Below are positions 25,001 through 40,000 of a stretch of 64,000 nt of DNA, piece by piece; position 1 is the first letter of the stretch, and each line of letters begins with the position of its first letter. Source of the stretch: Antedon mediterranea (Eukaryota > Animalia > Echinodermata). The position numbers and the translations under genes are program-made. The notes under the pieces are model-generated. The model saw nothing but the letters and a program-made list of their open reading frames with translations. It searched no databases and was not told the origin of the DNA. The stretch is taken from NCBI RefSeq assembly GCF_964355755.1, contig NC_092671.1, positions 10,292,001 through 10,356,000 on the forward strand. Reading direction: 5' to 3'.

Positions 25001-28000
25001 ACAAAAAAAAATTTTTTCTTTACTCCTGCCAATATTGAGATGACATTTTAAATGTCAATGACCTTATCTAGAACACGAACGTTTCATTATTTTAATTAAT
25101 TAATCAGAGAGCACTCTATATTATTGACAGTGTGATTACATATAACTGAATGTACTAATGAAAATATTTGATTAGCCATTTAAGTTGTTTCATTTTAATG
25201 TTATATTAACATTCTGACTGGTTAATAGGTTAAACCTGATTAAGAACATTCATGTGACACATATTACGTCAGAAATAGTGTCCTTTTTAAAAAAATAAAT
25301 AATTTTAAAGACTCAAATTACTGTATAGACTGTCTATTTGGCATTGATAACAATTTTGGGACTTTAGCAGGATTCGAACTAAGTATCCTTAAATTGATAA
25401 GCAAACATTTTATTTAATTTTATTTATCAATTTTTATTTATATGTTTTCTGTATTTATTTTATTACAATATAGGTACAATAAAAAAACAGTGACAAATAC
25501 TAAGTACAGTATTAGCATTGTAGCTATTGTTTGTATAGTGTTTTTTATAGAATTTAATTAAATTTATTTATAGGAATTACAATTGACAACTAATAGTGTT
25601 GTAATGCGAGCTTTATATTTAGATGTTTGATTTTTGTCATCGCCCTTTTCAAAATAGTTTGATATAGATGAACAGCCTCCATGTTGATGCATGGTATTTT
25701 TGATCAACAATACCTGGTAGAGTCCATTAATTACGGGGGTTCTTTTTGACTGGGCATTTTTTAATTACCCAGTTAATCTATGTCTCAACCACTGCATGGT
25801 CCAAAAATGTTTTAATTACCTCCCCAAATAGAAAATCGTGTAATCTATAATGATGTGACTCAGGTCATTGACCAATCAGTGTTAAAGTATCAGTATTAAA
25901 TGCACTGGGTTTAATGTGCTTTGAAGAAGCTTGCTATTTTTGTTAATGCACATGGCTAATTGTGTTGGGACATGGTTTTCTGTGCTCTTAGTTTTGATTT
26001 CCTGAATTTCAAAAGTGCTTGTCCTGGGACAAGAGGATACGTCAAATGTGGTTGTCCGACCGTAAAAAACCCTTTTCCGGGCGTCGGGCAAGTGGGTTCG
26101 CTCAGCCCTGAGTATTAGCATTGAAGCTATTGTATAATGTTTTTGATAGAATTTAATTAAATTTATTTATAGGAATTACAATTGACAACTAATAATGTTG
26201 TAATGCGAGCTTTATATTTAGATGTTTGATTTTTGTCATCGCCCTTTTCAAAATAGTTTCATATAGACGAACTGAACAAACACATTGTTTTTTTTATATC
26301 CCACGCAATGTAATGCATTTATATCATGAATCTCCAGATGTTAGTAGAAGACACTGTCACCATATGGTTCTAATTAATGTTAATTGACTTAGCAAAGAAA
26401 TCAGCATCTTTAGCAAAAGACGTTAATTTGATGACGTTAATCGACTTTTCCAGCTAAGGTCATGTTGGTAGTGAATACAGTCGTTATCTAATCATTTTTA
26501 AAGTGATCGTGTTTACATAATGCATCATGAGTGTATATTATGAAAGTAGGGTTTTAAACATAATCTTTTCAAATAAGATAATAAAAAAATGGTTATCATC
26601 ATTTTTATCTCCGAAGAGTGATAATTATTTGTTTGCTCACATGACAGTGAACAAAAATAGATTTAGTGCTGTGCAGTGTGGTGATGTTGAAAATATGGTT
26701 AGGTCAGGTAAATCGAAACATTCCTAGACAGTTAGTCCTAGAAACCATCAAACCTGTGTCGATGAACGAGAACACGCATCCCAATATCTCCACATGCACA
26801 CAATGAATAAAGCAGCACACAATGAATAAAGCAGTACACCTTGGGGACAGCCTTATTCAGGGGACCTACCTATTAAAGGGACCCCTTTTCTGTGAAACAA
26901 ACACTTCAGTTATTCAGGGTAGCTTTGAATGAGATGTTGGGTCCAAATGTATCCCTTAATACGGGTTCTATTGAATTAGTAGGGTTTCTTTAGTAAAGCA
27001 ACTAATTTAAACTATTATGATAACTCACAGGTACAACTGAGGCCTTGTTTGCCTAGACCAACCAACAAATTTAAACAGTAATTACAGTAGGCTGGCTTGC
27101 TAAAATGTTTCAACTTCCAAATGTGATTGCCATCATCTTTCACATTCTAGAAATAGAGAAATTGGAGAAAAAACAAACAAGAAATTATAAGGCTGATATT
27201 TGCATAACGAAGCAAAATGATAACACACTTATGTAACAAAAAACTGTGGTAAATGGATTGGACAACTATGAAACATGAGTTGAATTTGTATGCACATTAG
27301 GCTAATTCAAATAATATAAATTATTGTATATGACGTGTGGTAAAGTAAATATCTTTAGATAAGTTTAGAAATCAATTTTGCCAAATCTTAAGATAATCAT
27401 GTGACTGTAACTAAAATATATTTCCAAAACTTGTTTCATGTGCTTTATTATTATTGTTTACAGTATATTAAAAATGAATCATTTCTGCCTTTAATTAACT
27501 ATTCTTAAAATATTTTTTTAAACAAATTTTACTGCTCAGACATTGTAATCTTTTAAGCTGATGTTGGAATGTTAAAGTCCAATGGAATTTGAAGGCTTGT
27601 CAGTGAATGCATAGGCATGTCTTTTGAAATATAGCATTAATATTAACCTCAACAACACAACAATAGGCATGAAAAACATTATTTGTATGTAAAACATTAC
27701 TCTAAAGTCAGGAATTTGAAAGCTTTTGATGTTGCAACTACATAGGACTACTATCATAGTATCATATTGAGGTATTATTTGCATATTTTGCGTTTTCTTT
27801 TCAATTTTTATCAAGTCACCGGACCATATGACAACCGTGGATTTTGTTATCACATAAAAATGCATTTGAAACTTTTTTGGGACTACAAAAGTAAAAAAAA
27901 CTCAAAATTGATTTCACAGAGCCAAGTGACAACGTATAATTAACAAATCCAAAGCTCCTTATTGTTGAATGAGGGCGTGTGGCACAGTGAGTTGAACGTT

Positions 28001-31000
28001 GGATTACTTATAACTATTATAAATGTGGCCCCAAAACTTACTGTATCTAAGCCAAGTAAAACCAATAAAGGTATTGTAGATGTACCCCCTCGAATCCATT
28101 CTTGTAGTGATACATACCCGTCTGAATCAAAATCAATTTCAATCATCATATCCTGTAAAATCTGTAACAGAAAATATCGTGTGTGTGAAACATCATTAAA
28201 CTAAATGAGACTAAAGTAGACTAGAAATATCTATTTATTAACCTATGATATTATTAGATAGTTCTAATTATGTGCTTGAAATAGGCATCTAAATATCACA
28301 AAAGAAATTCAAATATTATAATTTTTATCTGGTTTTAACTCTCTAAAAACCGGAAAACTCTCTCAAAATCAGACTTTTCTTAAGGGAAAAAAGGTCCCAA
28401 ATTCATTTTTTACCATTACAAACACATTGTGAAAACAAGACTTTCCAGAAAACCAGACATTTGCCAGCCCAAAGGTGTTCGGTATTGGGAGAGTTGATTG
28501 TATTTGTATTGGAAAGTATGACAATAATGTGTGAGTGGGTGGTATAGGACTGTATGTTCTAGTTGCCATTTCTTGATAATTAGTATTATCTCTGAGTATG
28601 GCTATTATTTAGGTGTGGTCATTCCTTGTAGAACAAGTGGGCGTAACTAATTTTGAGTATTCTAGTGTTTGGTTTTTCTTAAGTCACTCTTATCTTTTTT
28701 TTATCTATTATATCATATTTTGAATGTGTTCGTATTCTGGGCGTGGCTATTGATCTTATCATACCGGTCTCAGCTCAGTAACGTCCCATCCTAAGTATTC
28801 TGCAACATGCATCATTTGATTCACAATACAATCCAGTTCCTGATGAAGAAACAAACAAAAATGGGTCATTTTATAGGCAAAATATTCATTGTGCTATGAG
28901 AAGAGAATGCTGTGGTTATGACCATGACCATTAACTGAGTAATAATTTAAAGATGAGAAGTATACAACTCTGAGAATGAAAATTAAAGTGTCTTACAGTG
29001 CTATCTAGAATTCCATTACCATCCGTATCATACAGACGAAACATAACTGAAAAACACAAACAAGATTTATAGAACATTAAAATGTCATTCAGCTAAAGCA
29101 AAAAAACTACTGAATAGAATGATGATATTGAATCATATATCAATCGTTTTAAATAGCATTGTTCGACTTTAGATGTATTTGAGAATAATAAATGTAATCA
29201 TTGAGTTAATGTTAATCTGCACACAGGACAACATACAGACAAATATACACAACTCTTTGGGAGTGGGACAGGATTTGAACCCTGGAATTTAAGTAGGCAA
29301 GCACGTTCCGTATACAACTTCATCTCGTTGTCGGAATGCTTATTAAATCAAACATTTGTTATGTTCAACATGACATTACCAAAACATTCATCAAGATTCC
29401 TACAACATAACTCCGCTTTGCAAATAATACACCGCAACGTGGTAATGATTACCACGCATAATTGCACGCGACCATTAAAGCCAGTCTTTAATAAGAACAT
29501 GGATGAGTGCCCTAATGTTATTTGAGTACACATGCTAAAATGTTTGCCTTAATGACACAAGTACAACCTGCTAATAATGTGCCAACTCATTCAAAATATG
29601 CCATATTCATTAAATGATAAAGGGATTATTACCATAGTAAAATATCAAAGGCATCGATGATAAAAATATAGGTAACTAAATATTTATTCTAGAAACACTT
29701 GCATTCACTGAAACTTCTATAATTTATTGTAGACAATTTTCTTATATTAAATATTGTTTTAATATTTACATAAACCAAAGTTATAGTATAGTAACTAATT
29801 ATTGAACATTTTATTTAAAAAAAATCTAGTAATAATATAAAATAAAAGATGATGTGATAAATATGATACTATGATGGTTTTTGAATTATTGTCACCTAAA
29901 CAACCGCCACAACACACTAAAAAAAAACTCTTCACTTTCTTAAATTTTGAGATACCTATATAATAATTTAATAAAGCATACAAAAAAAAAATTGTAAATA
30001 ATCTCACATGCAATAATATGCAATTTGAGATTAGAAAACATCTAAAAATAGTTTGGAAAAATGAAGATTTTCTCTTGACAAATTTCCTAATAAATCAAGC
30101 TAAATTTGTATATTTTGTTGTAATTCTAAGACCTGTACACAGTTGAGTATTACAAAAGAGAATTCTAATCAGCGAATATGACCTTTTCAATGTTCACCTT
30201 TCTAAGAAATCAAGGCAAGTTGTAAAGTCATAGGATATGCCCCAACATCACCTTTCACCTAATGTGATTATATTTCCTATTTTAGTTGTCACACATCACC
30301 AACAGATAAACGAATATTTTTTTAAAATATTTTATTGGTACTCACTTTAGAATCAGTGGTACACACCTTTCGGTGGTGCGTCTATACAAATATAAACAAC
30401 AACATATAAAAGGTATTAAATGATAATTAAACTAATACATAATTTACTTACATTGAACAAAAAAAAAAAAATTAAAAAAAACCTAATACAATTTACAGTA
30501 GTAATTGTAGACTTGAATAAATACCTAAAAACAATTGTATAACAAACAAATCAATATACAGATTGATTGATTGATTGATTGATTCTTTTATTTTTCACAC
30601 AACATTCTTAAAGATATAAATAAAAGATTAAGTACAATAAAGTGTGAAAAACAGGATAACCACAAGCAAGCAAAGCTTTTAATCTGTGGCACCCTAACTT
30701 AAAATATAAATTTACAAATATATTACAAAAAATGTTTTCATGTAGTAAATAAATGAAGGAAAATACAACGTACTATAATATAACATATATATATACATCA
30801 GTCTCAGAATATATACAAAAATGTAATTAATTAAGTTAAAGTTAGACATATTTTACAAATGTTGTTTTCGCATAGGTCAGTAGAAAACACACTTACTTAC
30901 AAAATGTCTGACAGAAAAAAAATAAAAAAATACTTATACATAATAAATAAAACTAAAAAAACTAGGAAGCCCCTACGAAGGTGACACCATACCATGACAT

Positions 31001-34000
31001 GGGACAATATGTTTTAAGAAAATGGCCAACCCCTATTCAGGGTATATCCTATTAGATAAGGGACACTATCCCATGAAATAAACAAGAGACAATATATGTT
31101 GTAACACTATGGCCAACCCCTATTCAGGGTATATCCTAAATAAGGGACACTATCCCATGAAATAAACAAGGGACAATATATTCAATTCAATTCAATTCAA
31201 AAGACATTTATTTTCATCCATGGCAATACAATACAAAATAATAAACAGAAATGGTAAGGTATATTAAAAATGAAATAGATGATTGTTGGATATACAAAAG
31301 AAAAGTGAATTTAAGAAAATTGGCTATGGAGGAAGGCATAATCCCGAGAAGATGAGGAAATCTTGTGCTGGGTATGCCTATGCAAATAAAATGGATAATT
31401 GAATAAGAGTGAAAAAACAAGGAACAATATATGTTGTAACACATGGCCAACCCCTATTCAGGGTATATTCTAAATAAGGGACACTATCCCATGAAATAAA
31501 CAAGGGACAATATATGTTGTAACACTATGGCCAACCCCTATTCAGGGTATATCCTAAATAAGGGACACTATCCCATGAAATAAACAAGGGACAATATATG
31601 TTGTAACACATGGCCAACCCCTATTCAGGGTATATTCTAAATAAGGGACACACTATCCCATGAAATAAACAACGAACAATATGTATATTTTAACACTATG
31701 ATTAAATTCGCGCAGGCGGGGAAAATTATTATTATTGGAAGGACATTTTTGTGTAGGTTGAATTACATTGCGTCGGTCGCTAGTGGGAACCAAGCTTAAC
31801 CACATTGTGAGATGGATGTTTTATGTGCTTATGTGCTGTTACGGGTATAATTGACATCATGATTGCCATCATATTATGGGTTATTTTTGGACCAGTCGAT
31901 GTCTGGTTTTGGAAAAGTTAATTTAACAACCTACATTCAAGTTTGTCTTCTGGTTTACCACGTTCAAGGAGTGAAAGATAACAAACGATGTCTTTCATAA
32001 AGACCACTTGATTCTCTACATCAGGCATTGGTTCACCAGGCTGCGATCGATGCGGCCGAGGGGCTATCTGTTCTTCCGTGTCTGAAGTTGTTAAATTCTT
32101 TTTCTTGTGCCGTTTTACTCGGACTGAGCTAAATAAACCTTTCTTCTGTTTACCTAAAAGCAATAAAAAAATCAACTTTTCTGATGCCCCAAAACCAAAA
32201 TTTTGATGAGGTCCTAAATTCAGTGCTTTTTTGTAAATGAAATTTTTCTTTATTTTAAAAAAAACTGAACATTTTTAGCAAGTAAAAAGGGTGGGACAAA
32301 ACAAATTTAGATGACTGAGAAATTTTGAGCACAGACATGATTATTTGCGTTTCTTTTGAAACACATGACAGGAAAGAATTTTTGTAACATCATTAGCAGT
32401 AAAAAAAAAACCATATTGGATCAATTGACAAGGATGGAGGAAAAGGAATAGATAACTCACTTTAAAATAAGTTATTAATAGATTCTTGTAAATTACAATA
32501 TTAAAATGTAAAATGGATTTAACTTTATATCACTTTCAATTGCTCTCTTTAAAAGATAAATAGGACACACACTGATTATAATTTAAGAAAATGGAACACC
32601 CTATAAATGGGACACTATCCTGTAAAGCTGTCTACACTATCAACTATAAAAGTATGATGTGCTCAAATATGATATTAATATGACAACATCATTTCTATAT
32701 ATGGGCACATCTTTTTGTCACATAAAGTTTGATAGTGACGGACAGAGTTTAAAACGGAAAACAAGCAATAGATTTGTTAACACCTATACATGCAAAGATA
32801 CACCTATTAAGGGAACATTTTGGTGAGTCCCGAAAGTGTCTAATTAATAGATGTTCGCATGTATTAAGTTTCGATTGAAATCAGATGCTTACTTTTCTTG
32901 TCCGTGTCGGCACTCTTACTATCTGGTCCTTGCAAGGTATGTTCATGGTGTACTGATGTTGTTCCATTTGATGCGTTCGATTTCTTTGATGAGCTTCTCG
33001 AATGTGAAACAGGCGGGTCAGCGATATTTGATCCTTTAAGAGATGAGAACAAGATGTTTGATTAACTTTTACCAACATAACTTAAATGAATTCACAATAA
33101 TTTGAATATTGCGATAACAATTATGATGATAAATTCCTTACAAAGTCCCAATAAATTGAATTAAAAAATACATTTTTGCGCTTATATACAGTACAACCAT
33201 ATACAGATAATATGTACACAAGGTAAACAGTTCGATACCACTCTACCAAGTTATGGAATAACCTACAATATGACAACAATCAACTTTTAATAATGTTTCT
33301 ATCTTTAAAAAAAAATCTCTTAATTTAGATTTACTTTTATTCTTTTTATATTGATTTGTATTATTTGTTTTGCAAACTTTTTAACATTTATCATACCATG
33401 TACCATTATTACTGAAAGTGTACGGTAAGCATAACTAAATACAGTTTTAATATACAGTAACAGTATATTTTCTTGTAATCATGGTCTGATGATGAGATAA
33501 TAGCAATTGTGTTGACAATAAAAACAATGGCATTAACAAAGATTTTGATGACGTCAATGACAAAATATATCACCTCATAAACTGTGATTTATTAATCATT
33601 GATTAAGAAGGCACATTGAAATTTGCTTCAACTTAAGAAAATAATATCTAAAATATATTTTAAAGCTTTAGTACAATTAAAATTACAATTTACAAATTAT
33701 CACTTATTCAAAATAGGTAAGTATTTACAACTCATAAAATGGGTTTATAATGAATAATTATCTGATTGTGTACGCAAAATACACTGATGACTTTCACAAT
33801 CTGCTATAATGCACTGTTATCAAATAATTTGCACCCTAAAGGCTTTTAAATCGTGAGATGAATTGAAATAAGTTTACACACATACTTAATATTGTGCTAT
33901 CCATTTGCCATTCTGAAAATGTTATTCCTTTACCTTTCATACCTAATGTCCATGGGGTGCAATTGGTGCCACAATGGTTCAAGTATGACAATATTGTACA

Positions 34001-37000
34001 TCAGTAATCCAAAATGGGTAGTCATTAATAGCAACATAACCCATTATTATTTTACTATTACTAAACTAGTATGTGTGAATAAAGGACCACTGTTTCATCT
34101 TGAATTCAAGCCCTATCTTCTACCACTAGTTAATATTAGCATACAAAAAGCTTTTTCTCATACTAAGCTTATAAATCAACCTTTTAGTTACTGTTTTAAT
34201 TTAATCTTTATTCAGAACAGGAACTAAAGATTCTACTTGCCTTAAAAGCAGTTAATATATTTCATTTTTAAATGATATGGTTTGTCCAATTGGGCATTTT
34301 CCCGTTTTAAATGAAGCCGGATTTACTATGATTGAGTAGGTCCATAAATGTAGCACTCCAGTAATATACTTGCCCCAAGTCTCTAGTTTATTTGTTTATG
34401 TTGATATTATTTCTTTCATTTTTGTCTTTAAACTAGATGAGTCGCTTAAACATATGTATGACATGCCATGTGTGCCAAAATGATTATTTTTTCATCATTA
34501 TTAAGCCAAACACTGTCTAGAACCTTGATTAAATTGAGACAATTTAATTAGGTCCACCTCTTTTGACTTTATGACTGATAGAGACAGATATGGCTTCATT
34601 TAATGCTTAATAACTAAAATATTAATAGACTGAAAAGTCTGAAGTGAATGGCCAATGTGTTCGAACATGTCACTCTGACTTCTTTTTTCTTTAAATGGAA
34701 ATTTTGATTAATCTAAGAGATAGAATCGTAACAATTACATTGATAATAATGGTCCTTGTTAATTTGGATTCTTTTGCTTATCTATCAAAATGCGGGTTGG
34801 TGACATAAGAGGTGATTCACACTAATCAACAGACTGCATGTTGTTGTACTTAACTATAGGTCTGAACATACTTGTAAAAGACATAGAAGGAATTCCAATT
34901 TAAATACCAGCTATATATAATATGAAAGAGACAAAACTTGGTCTACACACGTTTTTCACCATTTTCCATTCCGATACTAATACAGAACATGATGTACAGT
35001 ATTATTGTATTTTTAATTTTACTATTAAAACCATCTCACTTAATAAAAAATAACATCTAATGTACAATATAACTTTATTATATGTCACCCGGCGGATTTC
35101 ACTACATTCATACGTCACGAAATTGGAATTCGTAAAGAGTGGACAAACTAAAATTGATTGCGTTAAAATCACAGTGTTCTTAAAAAACATGATTATTAAT
35201 AATTGTCCAAGGAAAATAAGCTTTCCAAATTGTCAACTAATTACAGGAACTCAATAAAAAAGAATCTGTTGATTCAGAAATGACGTACATTAGGTGACCA
35301 GCTGTAAAATCAACGACTGTTTTTCAGTTCAACTCCTACACAACACCCACTACCAGGGTGTGACATTCAAACTGCAGTAGGTTTCACTTTCATATTTTAT
35401 AAACTAATCTTTATTTTTATGTTACTCTACTCTACTAACCATGTGTTATAATAATGTCATCTATGGCACAAACAAATGTCTACCAATTACCAGTTAGTCA
35501 TTTCAGTTGTTAAATAAATAATACATTTTTAAGATGCTATACAAACAGAACAATTAATTAATAAGTTATAATAGAACTATTGCTTTCCTTATATGCACAG
35601 GCTACACAATAACCATATTGGAATAGAGTTTTGAAGCCGAAATATATATATTTTTAAATTTAAGAAATGTGTAAGTGTAATATTACATCTGCTTAATCAC
35701 TTTATAAAGTAGTCCTTTCTAACCATATAGGTTTGTACCTGGTACATCTAATATAATGGAAGTTTTATTGACAAGCAAGCAATAAAAAAAAAAAATTTTC
35801 GACTCTCCTATCAAATACAACTGATATAATACTACAAATTTTGATGGACATATTTATTGTTGATAAAATCAAAATAGAATCGTTTGTCAGATCTAACAAA
35901 CGATTCTATTTTGATTTTATCAACAATAAACGCAATTCATTATTTCAGTTTTATTTCAAAAGCATGACTATGCTACATATTGGTTTACGAATGATCTAAA
36001 ATAAAATATTCATGAATAAACAAAAAGTTTTTTTTTATATATTTAACATTCACTAAAGCCGACCTGACAACCCTGCCAAAGAAACATTGAAGAATAACGA
36101 CAAATTTGGGACTGTCTGCAGCCCACGCACAATTTCAAAGGAAACAACAATATTAAAGACTTTAATATACTGAGAGTGTAACGCAACCAGGTCAGCTGCA
36201 GCCCACCTACCTTTATCATTATCAGGGCGAAGCTATATACCATATGCCTTAATTTCGCACACCCTTAATTTTTTCAAAAACAAATAATTTAAACTAATAA
36301 TTAAGAATGGAAATGTATGGTTTTTAAACTGGACAATTTACTTATATTTACACAAAATTTAAAGTCTGCAAATAATTAAAAGGCTTCAAATAATTAAAGG
36401 GCTACCAATTTAAAGGCAGCAAATAATAAAAGACTGCCAATAAATATAGCTGCAAATATAAAAGGTGTAATAACTAAAGGCCGCTAATGATTAAATAACG
36501 GTAATTTTTTATACTTTTTTGACTCAATTGTTCAAATGATTGATATTAATAATATACTTGTTTACTAAATTCCTGTAAGATAATTTGTTTTTGACAGATG
36601 TTGCTAGTCAATACTATTGCTCATTATGGTGGCTAACCGATATTTATATCCTCAAAAATGCATTATCTTTTATCCAGTATGAGTCCTTGATACAGAAATC
36701 AATAGTGTTATTAGTTTAATAAAGAATTATCTATTTTCAATGGAAAAAAAGTCATCTGTCGATCTAATAGTAAATTTATGTTTATCCCTTATCATTGTAC
36801 ATATGCATTAAAGTACAAAATATAGTGCTTCGCTGTATAAACTTGTTGATATATTATTACAAAACAGTTTGATATATTTTATTAAAAATATTTTATACAA
36901 AAATTCATTCCTTCTGCATACATAAATACAGTAATGATACTTTATTAAAAATATTTTATACAAAAATTCATTCCTTCTTCATACATAAATACAGTATGAT

Positions 37001-40000
37001 ATATTCATTAATAATTTTATCATCTTTACAGTAAAACTGAATTTTGATATATTTTTTACATTGATTTTTGAAGTAGATAGTATAACCAGAGGGATTTGGA
37101 AAAATAAATTGTATGACGTCTCTATTGCCAAAACAAAAATGATTTTCTCAGTCAGAATTCTAAATATCCAGGGTTTATTACAATTTACACCTTGGTGGGT
37201 AGCGGTCGCACATCAGTGATCAAACTCTATCATATAGAAGAGAATGTCTACGTTCCAAAGCCTTCTTTGCACTGGACTTGAAGGATGGTAAATTTAACGC
37301 GGTTTTACTGAGACCATGGTAAGTTCTACTGCCCTTATGTGAGCAGGAAGTGGTCAGTAAAAGTTAATATTGGACCTTGTTAATTTTTTAACCATTAGCG
37401 AATGGTTGCCAACGTTTGGATTTGGACTTTTCTTGGTCAGTTTAGCTGGCGACTTGGTTAATTTGACCAAAATAAGTCCAGTGCGATCGATGTTTAATGC
37501 GTTTTATAAATCATGAATATACAACTGGGGCATTAAAACAACATCATTAATCCTGTTATCAACAATAACTGGTATATAAAGTTAGGCTTGTGGTACCCAA
37601 TGTGTGATACCAAAAGGAAATAATGTGTATTGGTTGATAATGTTTGGCTTGTTTATGTTACAACTAGCTTCTGAAGAAGGAAATAATACTGTACTATACT
37701 AAAAAAGGATTAAAAATGGCTTGTGAAAGCATTTATATCAACTGATATGACCAGAAATTTGCATATGTAGTAGTAAATATTTCACAGCCTTATTGCACAT
37801 GACAAGAATTTATTTGCAAATGCTATACTTCAATAGCATATGAAACACTAAATTTGCATTATTTTGAATAAAATTAAAGTGAGGAATAATTTAAAAAAAA
37901 AGTTTTCTTCAAATCGCAGACTAATGTTAGTTTATCTTCACTTGTCATGTATAATTAAGGAAGAAAGTTAACGAAGAGCAGTTCCATTTCAATCAATCAC
38001 TTATTATGCTCAAGATATTAGGATGAGAAAGCCTTGCTAATTAGTCAAGAAGATTACTTGCATAAGAATAAGGCAACGTTTATAGCATGTAATATATTGT
38101 AAGAAAGATTGTTTATAGAATTTAAAATTAGATAATAGTATAATAGAACATATTTTTATGAGATACATAAATTTTAATAGTCATATTGAATGATTTATGT
38201 GATTACTACTACTACAGTATAACATAAGAGGATGCCCACTCTTTGATATTAAGGGAAAATCAGAAATGATTAACCACTAAATTTTGGGTACAAGCCGATA
38301 GCTTACACTCGCACTCCTTTTCTTGGGGTGCTTCAAGAATATTGTGAATCAATTTCTTTAATTCTAGTTTAAATGTTTGAGATTTTCCACAAAATTTATC
38401 TATAGTTACTACTAATGCCAATTTTGTAATTAGATTACAATCAATAAGCTCATCTTAATGGAGGTCACCTTAAAAAGACAACCAACTTAAAAGGAAACCC
38501 ATTCAAAGTTGTAGAAAAGGCTTTAACCATAATGCGGCAACTTAAAAGAATAGTTTCTTTTACTAATGTAATTCTATTTGAAAGCGCTCGTTACATAAAT
38601 CACATGATTATTTATGTAGTAAGGTCTTTTTACGGGGATATGGCATGTTATATGCCATCCAAATAGTGGATGCAGACATTTTAAATATAACAGATGATAC
38701 AATCACTAATGGTCTTTATGGGTTGTATTCGGTATTACTAATGTGAATAGTTGGCTTTTATCTTCCTAGTAAATTGTATGTAATTCAAATTACACACTAC
38801 TCTATGTATTTAGCGTGGGTGTGATTGAAACAGGTATATGTTGCACAGAATAAATAAGAATAATTTAGAGGTTGTAGACAATTATCAAATATATATTGAT
38901 TCTAAACAAATCTCGCAATTTTTCTATATATTTTTCTAATAGTATTCAGAAGATTTTTGTCTCTATATATAGGACTAAAGAAAAATGTTTTAATCAGATG
39001 TTTCCAATTTGAATTATTCAGTAATTAATGTTGAAGGTTTAAATTTCAAAATGATTAAATTAATGATGGCCTCTATATGTTGGTTAATAATTTCAAAGGT
39101 TTATAGCTCCAGGTATAATTTTCAATTATAAACTTTTGCAATAACATTGATAATAATCCCACTTATTGTTTGACAGAGGTGAAGCATGCCGTTCATCATA
39201 AGATAAGTCTGTACTTGTAAATGATAAAATAGGAATTCTACTGATTTTTAATGACTTACAACTGCTTGTAATAAAAATAGATTTTTAAATTTATTTTCCT
39301 ACATAAAATTGATTGATCGATTTACTTTCTTTCTCAAATTTACATAAAATGAGACTCGATTTTAGTGAACTTTTAATTCTTATTTCACAATTGCTTGTTT
39401 TGCTTCACCTCTGTATGGTTTAATATAATAAATGTTGTTGCAAAAATGTTTCTATTTTATAATAAACAATATGATTTTTAAAACCAGGAGGTATACTATT
39501 ATTATAAATTATTGTAAATGTACAGTATAAAATATTAAAAGCTGAAGACAATGTGAAAAGTTAGGAAGTAAATAGGTGCATAATTAGTAACCATGGATGA
39601 GATAAGAACATTCAATGTGCAACATGCAAAAGGTTTTAGAAATACGAGTTCCAATGCGCTATTTATTAAAAACGACTTTCATTCGATGACAATCTAAATA
39701 CCACTTTTAATTTAGCAGACATAAGCCAGACACAAATTGAGACTTCGTCTTGGAACAAAATTGCCTGTTTGCGAGAGTGTGGCACAATATTCGTTATTTT
39801 TTAATAATTAGATTTCAATAGCATTTCAGGATTTTAAATTAGATTTCTTTTACTCATAGCACACTGGAAAGAATACCATTACAAGAGGAAAAAAGTATTA
39901 AAAGAAGCAAAGCAATTGTTTAGTACTTGTCAATTGTAGACTGGACATTAACCTTGGGAAATTTGGAGTACTAGCAATATTAAACCGTTTATTACACCTG

